Shown in pieces: positions 62,746-64,000 of a DNA stretch of 64,000 nucleotides (position 1 is the first letter of the stretch; every line of letters begins with the position of its first letter). The notes below the pieces were generated by a model. The model was given only the letters and a program-made list of their open reading frames with translations, was not told the DNA's origin and did not search any database. This stretch comes from Malacoraja senta (taxonomy: Eukaryota). The stretch is from NCBI GenBank assembly GCA_038087875.1, contig CM075997.1:6264001-6328000 (forward strand), written 5' to 3'. The position numbers and the translations under genes were made by a program.

Positions 62746-63659
62746 CATCTATATTAATTAGAATATAACAGTAAATCTGCCTTCTGATGAGTCACAACTG
62801 CAATTTGACTGTATAGAGGTCTGTCACACAACCAGACGGGTTTGTTTTTTATATCATGCTGAAACTGAAGGGACTAGAATGCTACTAGACTCCTGTGCAG
62901 CAGGGTCATGGTTCAAAGAAGTGCTCTGCCTTTCCAAATAAATTGGTTGGACTTTGCAGTATGCTTTTTGATTTACAACCTCTATTAATTGCAATTTTCA
63001 GAATAATGTCAGCAAAACTTAAGTTAGTGTAGATAGGTGACTGAAAAAGAGATTGTAAATTGTTTTATCTGTTCAGCCCACTGAGCACACAAGGTTAGTC
63101 AACCTTGCAGACGATATACCTTAGACTGGCTACTGACCAAAAGAGTTATGTCTGAAAATAGGATTTAATCTTAATTCCACCTCACAGAGAAGAGGTTTCC
63201 CACCATTTCTACAACAGTTGGATTCATTGTTGAAAATTAATCCAAACATCAAATTGCAAACAGTGCAAAACACAACAGTTCGACAACAATGTATAAGAGT
63301 ACACTGGCACTGGCAGTTAATTAAAGTGAGGGGTGATAGAGGGAGAGGTTGAAGATAGGGAGAGAGAGCAACAGGGAGATAGAAAAAGAGCATTTCCCCC
63401 CCCTCTAAATGCAGATGGAGAAGAGAGCAAATGCAGAGGGAGAGAGACACAAGGCTATTAGAGACACAAGGCTATTAAACGCCAAGGGAGGTTTAGAGAA
63501 CAGGAAGAGAGAGCAGGAGACCAGCAAAGACCGAAGGAGAGGAATAGGGAGTGAATGTCTGTGAGAGAAAGTGAGAATGGGCATGAGTATATCCTCTCTC
63601 TATCTCCCCCTTATCTACCTTCCCCTCTTCTGCCTCCCATTCATTTCCCTTGTCAATCT

Positions 63660-64000
63660 CACCCCTCTCTCTTCACATCTCCTCCCCTTTCGGCATTCTG
63701 CAGAGACCGCTCCCTCCGTAACTCACTAGTGAGTTCGTCCCTTCCCACCCAAACCACCCCTCCCCTGGTACTTTCCCTTGCAACCGCAGGAAATGCTACA
63801 CTTGTCACTTTACCTCCCCCCCTCGACTCCATCCAAGGACCCAAGCAGTCTTTCCAGGTAAGGCAGAGGTTCACCTGCACCTCCTCCAACCTCATCTATT
63901 GCATCTGCTGCTCTAGGTGTCAACTGCTCTACATTGGTGAGACCAAGCGCAGGCTTGGCGATCGCTTCGCCCAACACCTCTCAGTTTGCATTAACCAACC
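63660..64000 (+). mobile_element. Penelope-like element fragment (GIY-YIG region), runs off the window
   Basis: Near-identical to 32255-32450; encodes GPKQSFQVRQRFTCTSSNLIYCICCSRCQLLYIGETKRRLGDRFAQH. Confidence 0.88.

Overview
Vertebrate genomic DNA. The repeat content (CR1-type LINEs, tRNA-derived SINEs with CR1-like tails, Penelope-derived repeats) points to a cartilaginous fish, probably a skate or ray; this is an inference. The + strand carries the last 17 coding exons of a ryanodine receptor gene (2694-61172, ending ...QYEDQLG*). All introns are GT-AG and the phases chain consistently. Diagnostic residues ([44 protein letters not shown]) identify it as RYR1. The introns are dense with mobile DNA. 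There are two copies of an intron-containing, internally deleted Academ-like DNA transposon. The second copy hosts a near-full-length DIRS tyrosine-recombinase retrotransposon (gag, RT, RNase H, methyltransferase-like domain, YR) with intact ITR/ICR termini, and the first copy preserves its empty target site. There are also Penelope fragments, plus many short Penelope-derived elements that carry minimal hammerhead-ribozyme cores, often as head-to-head palindromes with 15-16 bp TSDs. The remaining repeats are PIF/Harbinger MITEs, a hAT MITE, an RTE-derived retroposon and GC-rich retroposons with exchanged 3' tails. All family assignments rest on motif recognition, not database searches.
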